Shown: positions 1 to 11,832 of the stretch, in pieces
How the letters are laid out: the number at the start of each line of letters is the position of its first letter
Numbering within the stretch: position 1 is the stretch's first letter
Assembly (NCBI GenBank): GCA_053919585.1
Contig: CM132786.1
DNA length: 47,364 bases
Reading direction: 5' to 3' (one strand)
Source: Euprymna scolopes
Lineage: Eukaryota
Program-made: the position numbers and the translations under genes
Notes under the pieces: model-generated
Seen by the model: only the letters and a program-made list of their open reading frames with translations
Database searches by the model: none
Told to the model about the DNA's origin: nothing

Positions 1-880
1 AGTTTATATTTTCAACCTATCCAAACCATTTTTATATGTATATTTCACAAATAACAGAAAATAAACATTAAATAAATTAAGTAATAATAATATTATATAA
101 TTTCTTGGTAGATTAAAAAATACATTGAAACTTCGAGAGACGAATGACTCTGCTTGCGATGTTTTTAGATTACCATAAGCAATGTGAATATTTTGTTTCT
201 GCATACGAAAATACGATACGAAAAATACGAGTGAAAAAATATTTTGCTCTTCTAGGGTGCGCTAGAAGAATCGCTATTTTTCTATATATCATTTCGAGAA
301 TATTTCTAAAAAATCGATTCGTAAAGAGTTTTAGCAATGTTAAAAATATTTTAGTTGATTTTCATTCGGCAACTTTTTTCTCGGAATTAAATTCATTCTT
401 CCTTTCACCCTCATAAATTAAGAAAATTTTAAATATTGAAAGTTTGTTGTGCGCATTACAATTGCTATTACATTTGTATGAAATTGATTGAGAACATATT
501 TTTCTCTTTTAATGTTTCCGTACATTTACTTTAATGTTGTGAGGGGTTCGAGAGTTTGTTTTTCCGATAGAAAGCCTAATACGCATTTTTAGGCTGGGGG
601 ATTCGGAATTAAGCTGTAAGAAAATAATTAATTTCATGTTGAAATTCAGAAAATGCTATCTGCATATAAACTGGATGAATTCATAGAAAATAACCGCCCG
701 AAATATTCGCACAGGTTGATCTCTTTCACAGTTTAATGACATTTGCTGAATCATTTCAGAAAAATAAAAAGTACGTAGAACAAGCTTCGTGGGATCATTT
801 TTCTCAAAGTGACCATCGGTAAGCAAAAGTTAACGTCAAAGTAAACTGAGATAGAAAAAAATTGATAAAAATTTGAAACT

Positions 881-1149
881 AAACTAGCGAAGCATGCATG
901 GTCGACGTGAGTGCATCGTGAACGACGCATAAAAAATGACAGTTCAGCATTTGCCAGCCAAACTTAGCCCAAAAAGTCTCCAGTGGACATCAAATCTTGG
1001 TGAAAATGAACAAACAGTTCAGTTTTAAGCCTTGCCATATGTAAATCTGAGTTCTGAACCATGCAAAAAAAAGAAATAAGTCCATCATTTGGCGCTCCCA
1101 TATAGCCCCAAAAGTCCCCATATTTTAGTTCAGTACCATGCACAACTGC

Positions 1150-1192
<43 letters not shown>

Positions 1193-1535
1193 GGAAAATT
1201 TTGGACAAATATGGTAAAATAGTCCCCAAAATGGGGATTTGTTTTTTTAGCCCTAAAAGCGTCCCCGGGGCACACCCAATTGTATTCGCGAATTGTAGAC
1301 AAACAAAATTATATAGAAATCAGTTAGTTACAATTTTTCAGAAAGTTTTATAAAAATCCAAGGCAGCAAGTAAGCCATTTTAACCCTAAGGGACCGCTGA
1401 GGCAACCGGAATTTTCCCGGTAAATCGGTTGTTACTTTTTGACTCAATTCATGTTTAATATTTGTTCCAAATCTCAAAAAAAGTCCAAGGCGTAGTTGAG
1501 AAAAGTGCGGACAGACGAATGGACGAGGGTGAATC
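881..1535. mobile_element. Non-autonomous Helentron/HINE (DINE-1-like) element, copy 1
   Basis: Colinear with 24825-25470 over ~650 bp (AGCATGCAT..GAGTGCA..GTGAACGA, CAGCATTTGCC, TAGACAAACAAAATTATATAGAAATCA, AAGGCGTAGTTG). CTAG plus short palindrome at one end and a GGACAGACG..GGACG tract at the other. Class is inferred from architecture. Confidence 0.6.
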
Positions 1536-1984
1536 AACAGTAAAACTTTAAATTCGTAAATTTTTTGGTAAGCGATGAAAAATTGGAAATTGAGTAAAAT
1601 TATAATCTTAAATGTGCAGAAAAGTTAACACATTTCGTCACTACAAAGATAAGGTTCAATATTTTCCTATTTTTTATATTTATTATTGCATTATGTTTCA
1701 ATATCTACTTCATTTACAAGTAATATAAAGTACTATTAAGCTCATTTCATTCTGGTTTTACATTATGAAAATATTAGGCGATTTACGGTAAAACGCTTCT
1801 CGAGATACGAAAATTACAAGAGACGAAAGCCAAACATATCTTGATCAATTTCCTGTTTTGAGGTTCACTAATATATATATATATATATATCATTATATAT
1901 AATGAGTGAGACAATACCAGAAAAGTGTAGAATTATTTTCAAATTCGAATTTTGAGCTTCAAGCTAATCGTTCATCAGGCAAAT

Positions 1985-2620
1985 TTCTAACTCTTTAAAC
2001 AATAACGTATTAACGAATGAGATAACCTTATGCTTACTACGAAGATAGAATAACCTTTTAGAGGAATGAACTGGAAACCAAGTTTTCTCCGGATAAATCT
2101 GAAGATAATAACCAAAAGGAGTATTATAGATTCAGAAATCAGAAGTTTGCACATTCTCTTACACAACTTGAAAATTTTTAAATAGATTTGATTTTTTTTT
2201 TACAAAAGATTCTACTTTTTATAAAAGTTAAATAGATTTCCAAAACAAATTGGATAATATGGTCAGAGAAATTAATAAGTTAAGACACATTAGTAAAAGC
2301 TTATATGCACAAAACTTCTATAACTTATTAAACAGGAATTCTATAAATGAGTTGAGCACAACATTAAAATAAGAAATTTAATTCAAAGATAGTTGAGAAA
2401 ATTAACTATGAGAGAAAAACCAGGAAGTACTAATCACAGAATAGTCATGAAGCAAGTAAATCACATAGCAAGGGAGTGTACATTTTTCTTAAAGACCACA
2501 AACCCGGCCTTCTCTAATAAACTTACTATTAGACTTCTTAATCCTACGAAGTCTGCAATAGTATAAAATCAGCAAAACTTTATTAATGAGTATAAATATC
2601 CAGTTAAAATGTACTTATAA
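1985..2620 (+). mobile_element. Decayed Penelope-like retroelement (probably Naiad-type), N-terminal/RT-proximal fragment
   Basis: Frameshifted translation gives, in order, FRGMNWKPSF (cf. KRMRWKAxFF), KEYYRFRNQK (cf. KETFGFKS), FQNKL, LVKA..NFY (cf. ADKTxNxY) and LKDHKP (starting 2488) ... IRLLNPTKSAI..KISK (cf. LKDHKxNF..CRLINPxKSEIGxISK). Preceded by (TA)n at ~1872-1890. Confidence 0.75.
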
Positions 2621-2949
2621 AATGAACTATAATATCGAAAATAAAGAAAGGTGTATTTTATTACATCTGGTATTAGGAATTATACGTCAACCTATTATAT
2701 CAAAGTCTATCTGCTCTTTCCTCTATTTCTATTTTTATACCTTTTTCTGTCCTCCTTTATCTTTACTTTTTTTATGGTCGCCATATTTTTAACGATCCCT
2801 GTCATCATTTAAGCTTATATTTCAATTATAGCTGATGGCACTGAACTCATATTTTTATTGCATTTTATAAATTATGACTATGTTGGGGACAATATAATAT
2901 GAAATAATCGATATAAAATTGTCTATAATCATGAAATCTGCGTAAATTG

Positions 2950-3001
2950 AAATATATTTAAGCATATTTTACGACCGAGCAACGCCGACTATCCCTGCTA
3001 G
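2950..3001 (+). mobile_element. Helitron 3' terminus (family shared with 28349-28397, 26194-26240 and 44055-44108)
   Basis: ATATTTAAGCATATTTTACGACCGAGCAACGCCGA.. hairpin remnant followed by CTAG (2998-3001) and T. Confidence 0.65.
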
Positions 3002-3329
3002 TAAATATTTAAAAATACTCGGCGTTTGCCTCCTTTCCATTTCTGTTACGTTGAATTATTATTTCCAAAATTATCATTGTAAGGTACATGTTTATGTTCA
3101 TAGTGTATAGAATTCATTTATAATCTCATCCATCGATAATTGTAAATTAAGAAAACAGTTGCGAGAGATAATGGTGGGCAGTGTTGATTATATATAGTGT
3201 AATTTACTTTACAGTTATATGTAAAAAAATATACATTTTATTACATTTAAGCGGCAGGTAGTAGACAACAATAAATCAATATTCCTCGATTTTAATTTTT
3301 AAGAAGTCTAAAGGACATATTGGGCATTA

Positions 3330-4007
3330 TCTATATAAATAAAATGAACTCATTTTTTCTCGTCTGATTTTGACATTCATAGGATTAAAAATCAAGATAT
3401 TTCATGCAAATATAATAATATGCACAAACGGCAGAACAATATCTGAGTTGTGTTATAGGCTTATTATTTCTCAAATTCCTCGATAATCTTAGATTTCTAT
3501 AATTTTTCTGCTGAGAAGTCACGGCCAAAATCGGTTAAGATCAATGGAAGTGGTAAAATATTTTCTCTCTCAAAAATTCCTCCTCCTCCTGCCACCACTT
3601 AACACTGTTTGGGGATCGTTCACAAGGAACAGTTGAGAAGAGAACACCGGTTTGGCTTCGTAGTTCTTTCATGTAAAGTAATTTAAAATAACTAAACTAA
3701 GCCGCAGTGCTCTGTGGCGTAGTGGTTAGCGTGCTTGACAATTCACATTATATTTTCACGTTCGCGCCGACCTACCGTAGTCGTTTTTTTTTTTTTTTTT
3801 TCCTAAACGACTGGAATGGACTTTTCTTGGTGGCCGAACTGTTAACGTTGCAGATGTTTTTTTGTTTGTTTTTTTCACACTTTATTTTCCTACTTTTACT
3901 CATGACTCCGGGTTTGATCCTTCCTGCTTACCTACCATAACATTTTTTTAAAACTACCCCCCCGTCCCGGAAACAAACACTCGGGCAACGCCGGGTACCC
4001 CCGCTAG
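3330..4007 (+). mobile_element. Non-autonomous Helitron carrying a tRNA-like segment
   Basis: 5' A|TCTATATAAATAAAATG; 3' hairpin TCGGGCAACGCCGGG then CTAG|T (4004-4007); no TSD. Internal GTGGCGTAGTGGTTAGCG A-box at ~3714-3731. Confidence 0.7.
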
Positions 4008-4649
4008 TATTGATATAATTAAGTTAAAGAATTCAATAAATTTTTAATTTACATTATAGCCATTAGAGATTTATTTAAATGTATGTAATTTTAGATTTAT
4101 TTAAATGAATGTAATTTTTTCGAAGTATTAAATTTGATAAATTTCATAGACTAAAATCTTGTGATAGATTTTGCTCGAAATTAAACTGAGTATTCGGAAC
4201 ATAAGGTTATGAATAATTGCATCTTAATTGTAATACGCATGTAATAAATTGGTACAAAATTACTGTTTGTGGACCTAATTTTATCTTGTATTCAGATTGG
4301 TATTTGTAGCGCCGCTACTACGTATTATGACTGTAGTAATATTTCCGAGACGTGTCAAATACAGCGCTGACATTTAGTATACATGTTGAATTGGTGAATG
4401 AAAAAGATGGATTAAATCATAAATGTCAACAACCGTAACTTGCAAGAGGAACAGTGACTGAAAGGGACACAAGTTTCGACAGCCTCGTAACTATCACTTT
4501 AATCTTGTCCTATAGTCCTTATATTCCAGGAACCATGTTTCTGACAAGGAGTAAGAATTGCTGTTTTATCGGTTTTAATCTATCTATATAACATACTTAT
4601 TGGCTACTTTTTTTAATTCTTAGATAGTATATTTAGGTTCTTACATCAA

Positions 4650-4916
4650 GGTCCTGGATATGACCTTAAACAATATCTGATGGTGAGGCCCCAGCTTGCG
4701 GGCTTTGGGGAGTGTAGAAACACCCTTTAATTGCCATTGCTCCTAGGTCCACTAACCCGGAGTGGTAGTACCTGTTAGGGACGCAACTTTGGGTTAAATA
4801 GAAACTGACTTAAAAAAATATATACCCTATTAAAAAATTGTTCTCCAAAATCACTGGCTTCGGCATTAAATAACCTGAAAAGGGTTGATATGCCGTAAAA
4901 CAAAAACAAACAAAAC
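4650..4916 (+). mobile_element. SINE-like retroposon, 'GGTCCTGGATATGACC' family, copy 1
   Basis: Homologous to 10308-10575 and 13002-13559; TSD CTTACATCAA at 4640-4649 and 4917-4926; 3' tail GTTGATATGCCGTAAAAC(AAAAC)n. Confidence 0.9.
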
Positions 4917-5457
4917 CTTACATCAAATGACTTCATGCCTTGTCTGATGGAGATTTTCTTAATACACACAAAAAAGATACATTCATTTCAACAGTTTTTA
5001 GAAATGCAAAATATATTGTGAATGATCGGATTTTGGTGAAGTTTTAAGATTTCCGTATGAGAAAGTTTAAAATGGCAGCGACAAATTCATTTCGAAATTG
5101 TCTGGGTGTCCGAATTTAATTCGTGGTGCCTGATTTCACTGAAAATATACCAACAGCCTTGAATGCATTTTATGCGTATGGTACCCTAGTCTTCTAAAAT
5201 AGGCGTTGTTGATGCAGCTGCCACGCGGAGGAGCTTCGCTTAGTCCGCATCGACTTATTCATTTGACACAGGATTGTTGCTTTTAGAGTTTGAAACCATT
5301 TTCTTAGTTGGAAAATAGCTTTTTATTCAAACGTTCTTGTGAAAATTAACTTTCTTTACAAGCGATGGAGAAAACAAATCCTAATGAAGAGAGAAATAAG
5401 ATTGCAATTTCAGCAATTTACTTTTTAGAAGTCCATCCATCTATCTATCTATATTTA

Positions 5458-5854
5458 TCTATATATTATATAAAGAAATTGTGTCTTCGTTTGCCTCTAT
5501 CTGTATGTGTAACTTAACCTATGGACTAGAAAGCGACTGGACTGACTTTATTGAATTTCACACGTAGGTACTTCTTGTGCTTAACAGTGTTCTTAGATAG
5601 GTGTTATATCGGTGTGTCCTCGGTAAGTATCGATAATCGAAATAATCCAATGAGAGAAGGCACAGGTTAAACACCTTACACAGCCTAACATGATATATGC
5701 ATTCGAAATGTTATATTTCCACACGAGCTAAAAGGTCCATCATATATCAATATAGGCTTCATGATATGGCAGCAGCGTATATGATATGACTTTATGTTTA
5801 GAGCAGAATTGAATAATGATACTATACTTTTGTGATTTATACTTTAATTTAACC

Positions 5855-5895
<41 letters not shown>

Positions 5896-6069
5896 CAATA
5901 GGTTGTCTACAATGTAATGTAGACTACAATGCATTTTAGACAAAATATGCGGGGAGGTATGTGAAGCTTTTTTCCGGGCGTATCGCTTTCAATGCCAATA
6001 AAAATATAGGAGTGTGAAATATTCGTTAATCATCATTCAATCCCAGGCAATGTCGGGTTTCACCCCTGT
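5458..6069 (+). mobile_element. Probable non-autonomous Helitron (decayed)
   Basis: 5' TCTATATATTATATAAAG followed by a GTCT/TGTA-type tract; 3' CCCAGGCAATGTCGGG hairpin; terminal CTAG degenerate. Confidence 0.5.
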
Positions 6070-6695
6070 AAATACTAAAAGTCGATGCTAAACTGCCAGA
6101 GAAGAAAATAAAAAGAATAAGTCGAACAAAGAACGAAAATGTGTAGCTCATATCAGTCCGGCAAATTTCCTATATTCCTTCGTCTCGCACATTAAGTTCT
6201 AATCTACAATACATTCTAGTTGTGGACAAATAAAGCATGTATTATGCATTATAATTTTGGAGTCTTAATAAAACTGCCAATCAATAGTTACATTCATAAT
6301 AATGAGTAATACAGACGCGCCATAGTTATTAAAGCTCATCCTCATCTTGATAGCAAGTTATACGGAGGAAAAGTTTTACAGTAAAATGTAACTATATTTA
6401 TTTCTTTTTAATGCAATTTTTTCAAGTGAAGATTGTATTGCTAAATCGACCTTTTCTAAAAGCAGGCTTTCTATTTCGTTTTGTTGCTCGTACTCTGCTC
6501 CAGCCAAACAATATTTCATTGTTATATGGGTGATAATCCAGTTGCAATTTTAGATACTGAATAAAACAAATAAGCGCCAAAATGAAATAAAAATAAACCC
6601 AATGTGTCTCTTGTTTATTTTAGTATTCATTGTTTCACTTTATTTTCGCGCCATAATTATTTTAAGCGGGAGAAAAGAAAGTAATGTTATTTTTA

Positions 6696-6740
6696 CTAGC
6701 ACGTGGGTGTATCTCAATCGCATAGCGGCGCCCGGTTATA
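6696..6740 (-). mobile_element. Possible Helitron 3' end (minus strand)
   Basis: A-CTAG at 6696-6699 followed by GC-rich GCGGCGCCCGG, resembling the other termini in the window. Confidence 0.35.
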
Positions 6741-7110
6741 AAATAACAGAAATAATACTAATACATTTCCAATAGGCTTTATATTTTTATATTGTAATCC
6801 AATATGGATGATGCGGAGGGAAACGAAAATTCCATTCGCGGTTGAGTTGATTAATATTTATTGAAATAATATCAAAATTACACCAAGAATTCGCGCAACT
6901 TTGAAGAAAGCTCTCAACTGGAAAACTATTTTTAACCCTTTTAGCGTCTTTCCAGAACTTTTAAATGTTTAATTTTAATGCTCTAGGGAAACATCCAAAT
7001 TTAGTTTGTATCATTTAACCCCAATCCATATGTTGGAAAGTATTAGGAGTAAGATAAACCTTGCTTTTGACTATCATTATATAAACTTTTATTTCTGTGT
7101 CTCACTCACG

Positions 7111-7123
7111 TCTCTCTCTCTCT

Positions 7124-7200
<77 letters not shown>
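7111..7200. repeat. Compound (CT)n(TA)n microsatellite
   Basis: Directly visible. Confidence 0.97.
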
Positions 7201-7202
<2 letters not shown>

Positions 7203-7310
7203 CGGTAAGGGGTTAAGGCTCATTACCGTGGGGTCCCGATTTCGAATCTCGCTAGATTCAGTCACTCTGATGAGTCATAGAGTACGAAACACGTGTCAGT
7301 GGAGAATTAT
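7201..7310 (+). mobile_element. Short tRNA-head plus hammerhead element (SINE/retrozyme-like) embedded in (TA)n
   Basis: A-box-like AGGGGTTAAGG (7208-7218); T-arm/B-box-like CGAT-TTCGAAT-CTCG (7237-7251, one mismatch to GTTCGAATC); hammerhead immediately downstream; TA repeats on both sides. Confidence 0.6.
7262..7302 (+). ncRNA. Minimal type I hammerhead ribozyme
   Basis: Stem I TCACT (7262-7266)/AGTGG (7298-7302); core CTGATGA (7267-7273); short stem II GT..AC; core GAAA (7286-7289); palindromic stem III ACACGTGT (7289-7296); GUC cleavage triplet 7295-7297. Confidence 0.88.
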
Positions 7311-7370
7311 ATTTTAAAAATAATATATATATATGAGAGAGTCGGTAGTTTTTACATTGCTAATGAATGA

Positions 7371-7419
<49 letters not shown>

Positions 7420-7729
7420 ACAAAATCGTATGATTGCTGAATGTTATATGCAGTCCACATAAAAGTTATAATGGGATGTTTACTTTCTCAGAACGTTGAG
7501 AACGCTTATTTTTGAAAAGGGATTCTCTCGAAATAGAAATTTATAAATCATCCTTTACTCGATTATGTGTACTGAATAACTTACTCGAACATATAACCAT
7601 TATCTTATGTTTTATGTTCATCATTTTCGATTTTTCCTATGGAAATTCCTCGAGACAAGGCATAAAACCATCTGATGTAAGACGCAAACTAGAACAGAAG
7701 ATGATTATTCCAAAGACAAGGGATGCCTA

Positions 7730-8380
7730 TTGACTTAAGTCTTGAAAAGACCTAAACTGTAAGTAGGACAACAGTGAGCAGGAAGTGAGTTCTTGCAACC
7801 TAGCAGTTCGTGAAAAGACTCTACTCGAATAGGAAGTTCCATTGCAATAAGGTTTTAAAACATATATTAGATTGAGACATGTAGACCGTAGAGTCGAGAG
7901 CTAGAGGAAACGACGGAAAGAATAGATAAGAACTCTGCGGAACACCCTGTAATATTATTTGTCGAAAAGGCAGACTACCAACAGCACAAGTGTTAGAGAC
8001 AGGTTGCAGTGAATAAGAAAGTATAGACCAATTAGATCAGAAATACGTTTTTGCTATTCATCAAGAACCTTCAAATGGGACACTCACCAGCCGATATATG
8101 AAAGCTGTACTTCATACATGATCGAATAGATTTGTAAAGATAAAGAATAGCCTCTGGCATGGGAAAGTGTTTAGAACAAAAGAGAACCAGTTTTATGAGA
8201 AGATAGCAATGGATTTAATATATGGACTCAAGAAAAATTTGATGAGAATGACCTACAAGTTCTAGAATCGTTTTTTATCGAGCGCAGAGCCACCCATAAG
8301 AATTATAGGGAGAAAAAGGGCACATGTGCGATTGCAGAACACCTGAGTCGTTACAAGATTAAACAAAACCAGACAATTCT
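7730..8380 (-). mobile_element. CR1-group (Crack/Daphne-like) LINE ORF2 C-terminal fragment, decayed
   Basis: Minus-strand translation gives KSIRSCMKYSFHI, QKRISDLIG..SLQP and FSRTARL..NSLPAHC, matching the 'IRPxMEY..QKR..LQPL..FxRTxxLWNSLP' pattern, with frameshifts. Confidence 0.75.
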
Positions 8381-8597
8381 CACATTTTTATATACAGGAT
8401 AAACTCTCTCGTCGATTTCGACGTATGAGCTTCCGCCACAACAATTAAGTTACTTGCAATCCACAAAATGATTTGTTTATAGCAGTGAATGCTTTGTGTA
8501 GAACTAGTAACATTTTTTGATATTACTGCTAATAGTTGTCTGTGGAAATTAGTGCCACAAGACAGATCATACAATAGACCGCTGTTTGTTTGTTTTT

Positions 8598-8825
8598 TTT
8601 TACATCAGTTTCCTTCTCTTTGATGAACCTTTTAACGAAGACTAGAATTGCATCTTACCCAGTGAGTTAATACGTTTCCAGATACCAACTTGGAAATTTC
8701 TACGACTGCGCTGTACATACAGCGCCTAACCTTCTGACATGGTCACCCATCTGGTACTGGGCTTACTCAACATTGCTTACGTTCGGTGATTTGGCGAGAA
8801 CCGGTGTCAACATTATTGTGACGTG

Positions 8826-8826
<1 letters not shown>
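8598..8826 (-). mobile_element. 5S rRNA-derived SINE (SINE3-like), copy A
   Basis: Reverse complement of ~8717-8826 reads GTTGACACCGGTTCTCGCCAAATCACCGAACGTAAGCAATGTTGAG..CCAGTACCAGATGGGTGACC..GGCGCTGTA, i.e. 5S rRNA with A/C boxes. Downstream body is shared with 44640-44785. Confidence 0.8.

Positions 8827-8828
<2 letters not shown>

Positions 8829-8883
<55 letters not shown>
8829..8883. repeat. (TA)n microsatellite; similar tracts at ~1152, 5858, 7374, 9088, 9159, 28398, 28643, 30428, 32588 and 44006
   Basis: Directly visible. Confidence 0.97.
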
Positions 8884-8887
<4 letters not shown>

Positions 8888-9155
8888 AATGTACTCTTTG
8901 GTTAAAATTCTTTTTAAAAAGAAATTTGAATATATACTCTAATTTTATTTTCTCTTTCTAGTATATTGAGCAATTTTTTTGGCTGAAATTGTCTTATATA
9001 GGTACTTCCTTCCAATATTGTCTTATATAGGCACTTCCTTCCAATATTGTTTTGTAAGTGTGTAACCACTAGAACTTCAATAATTTAATATATATATATA
9101 TATATATATACGTATGAAATAAAACATAAAATTAACATGTTTTATTAACTATTTA

Positions 9156-9201
<46 letters not shown>

Positions 9202-10307
9202 CACTCATTACGACATTTATCATATATTACTATTATAATATCCAAGAGGGAATCTACGCCAAGGGAAAGTTACTCTCACATTTTTCTTCCTGGTTGCTAG
9301 ATTAGCCGTTTTAAAGTCAAGTTTTGCAAGTTTTACCTTGTTCAGGGGGGAGGTTGAAACTTTTTCTTTAAAAATTCTATTTGGCATTTTTCAAAACGTA
9401 ACCTCCGGACTAAATGAAGATTATTGCAAGCAGAATATTATACAGATTGAATTGATTCCATTTCAGTGAGAATGTGCGTTTTTTAGAAAGAATATTAATG
9501 AATAAAGACTGGCATTGAGGAAAACTATTATATAATCAATGCAGCTTGTATATAAACATTTTGTCTTAAATCTACAAACTCCATTTATTAAAATGAAGTG
9601 TGTTGCAAAGTGAAAGATTCGATTTTTACGTGTGCTCGTCCGTCTTTCTGGCCTAATCCACTAATTCTAGGTTTTCTTTCTAAAGGTAGTCCGCCATGCG
9701 TTTAAAATTAGTCCCTCGAGACGACTAGAAAAATTGATTTTAACTCCGTGATTATTCAGGGGCAGGCAGTGTTTGCAGTCATTTACAAACAGGCATCCTT
9801 TGCGGAACACTATTGGTTTCTCAGCAGGAATAATCGATTTCGACCACAACTTGACCTGCACTTTGTTTCATTCTGCAAACGAAACCACATTTTATTAAGT
9901 TTTTATTTATCGCATTTCCTCTCTAAAAATACAAGGCACAAACTCCAAAGAAAGATGCATTTGGATAGCAAGCGCCCAAAAAGAAAGAACATTCTGAACG
10001 AACAAATATTTTCTTGGCAGCCATATAAGCATTCCCAAGTAGGGGCACCTCAGGCAATGTAATTAACTAATATCATTTAAACTCTGTCGTAGTTATTAAG
10101 GGAAAATGGACCTCCTAGATCTGTGCAAGACAATAGGCAGATCGACCGGACAAGGATCCTTAAAAATAGCTTAGCTTTTTCAGGTTTTATTCTTATATTA
10201 AGAGTTTAAAGAGCGTATTCTTATAATTTAGAAACCACGACCATTTTAGTTAATTATACTGAGACCTCAGACGATCCTATAATACGAAATTCGGTACATG
10301 TCTGCTA

Positions 10308-10575
10308 GGTCCTGCATATGACTTTAAACTACATCCGATGGTGAGGCCCCAGTTTACGGGCTTTGGAGAGTGTGGAGCAACCCTTAAAATGCTATTGCTC
10401 CCAGGTCCAGTCTGATCTAGATTTGTAGTACCTGTAGAGTCCCAACTATGGGTTAAATAGAAAGAGACTTGGAAAAAATATGTATTCTATTAAAAAAATA
10501 TTCTTCAAAATCACTGGATTCGACATTTAACAACCTGAAATGATTGATATGCCGTAAAACAAAAACAACCAACCA
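10308..10575 (+). mobile_element. SINE-like retroposon, 'GGTCCTGGATATGACC' family, copy 2
   Basis: TSD ACATGTCTGCTA at 10296-10307 and 10576-10587; (CAAC)n tail. Confidence 0.9.
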
Positions 10576-11184
10576 ACATGTCTGCTAAAATGCTGAAACT
10601 ACTACTCTCTAAATATTGTACTATCTTTAACTGACCTATTCAGTTCACTATAATCAAATTATAATTTCATGCACAATTCACGAAGAGTTACAGAAGTGTC
10701 TGCCATTGCAATATAAACAGTATCCCATATAACACCTCTTTGATGGAGAGTATTTATCTATTCTGTTACCCACTTATTTTTGATAGAGAGTTTAACTGTA
10801 TGTACTTTTGGTTCATGATACATTCCACATAGGAGTAACCTTCCTTTCTGCTTGGGGGAGGACTGCAGTGTGTGTGTGTGTGTGTTTTTTTTGTACCAGG
10901 CTTCCAAGCTTAAGCTACTTTTCTTGTTCGTATACTATTTTTGCATTTAGTATACTATTTTTTCTGTTATATCCTATTCTTCGACATTACTTCCTAGTTT
11001 TAGTGTAGTGTAGTATATGTTCTTTTGTCATAATACTCTCCTGTCGGACATTACCCATTATTTCGAGGCCTCAAGTCACGTTACAAAAGTAATTTTCACT
11101 ATTATCTATTTATTAAAAAGTTCACCATATGTATATTCTAAGAAAAATATACAACCAAATACAGGTTATGTTTGTTGTTGTTGT

Positions 11185-11215
<31 letters not shown>

Positions 11216-11699
11216 CGTAATAATAAAGAATAAATTGATTAATTTTAATTCAGTAAGCAGTTCACATTACATAACGCCTAGAAATGATTAAAACACATGG
11301 ACTATAAGCATAATTTTTGAGTGCGAAATTTTTCCGATTTTGACAAGGAGGGCAGCCAACAGGTTATAAAGAGAATAGAACAAAAATATAAAAGAAAACA
11401 AGGGAAATTATAGAAAAACGAAACTACAGGAAATAATCTGCCTCTCCCTCCTGAAACCCCCTAACCAGTTCGCGAACTGTCAATGAGAAAGCACCATCGA
11501 AAACTAAACAAGAATTGCACAGAGAGTCCTTAATCCCACTTCAATTATAAAGAAATCTCTGTCGTTATCAATGAAATTCAATGGTAAATTGTGGCTGCAA
11601 AGTTATCGAAAGAGTTTGCAAGGCAGTTTAATTTTTAAAAAGACTCACCCAGATTCTAGTTAACACCATTTGTTTTCAGTGTTATGGTTCACGCATCCT

Positions 11700-11832
11700 C
11701 TGATTTTCTATGCGTATATTTAAAACTTATGTAATGTCATATCTCCTATCCATCATTTTACAAGTGTGCGAAACATGGACTTATACAGAAGCGATATAAA
11801 AAAATACCCTTACGCGCTTTCAACAATAAAAG
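11700..11832 (+). mobile_element. RTE-clade LINE RT fragment
   Basis: Translates RIFKTYVMS..ILQVCETWTYTEA..AFNNK, cf. RTE 'LLYGCETWTL..LxAF'. Confidence 0.55.

Noticed and set aside
3704-3780. Functional tRNA gene
   Set aside because: Only the A-box is good; no complete cloverleaf can be folded.
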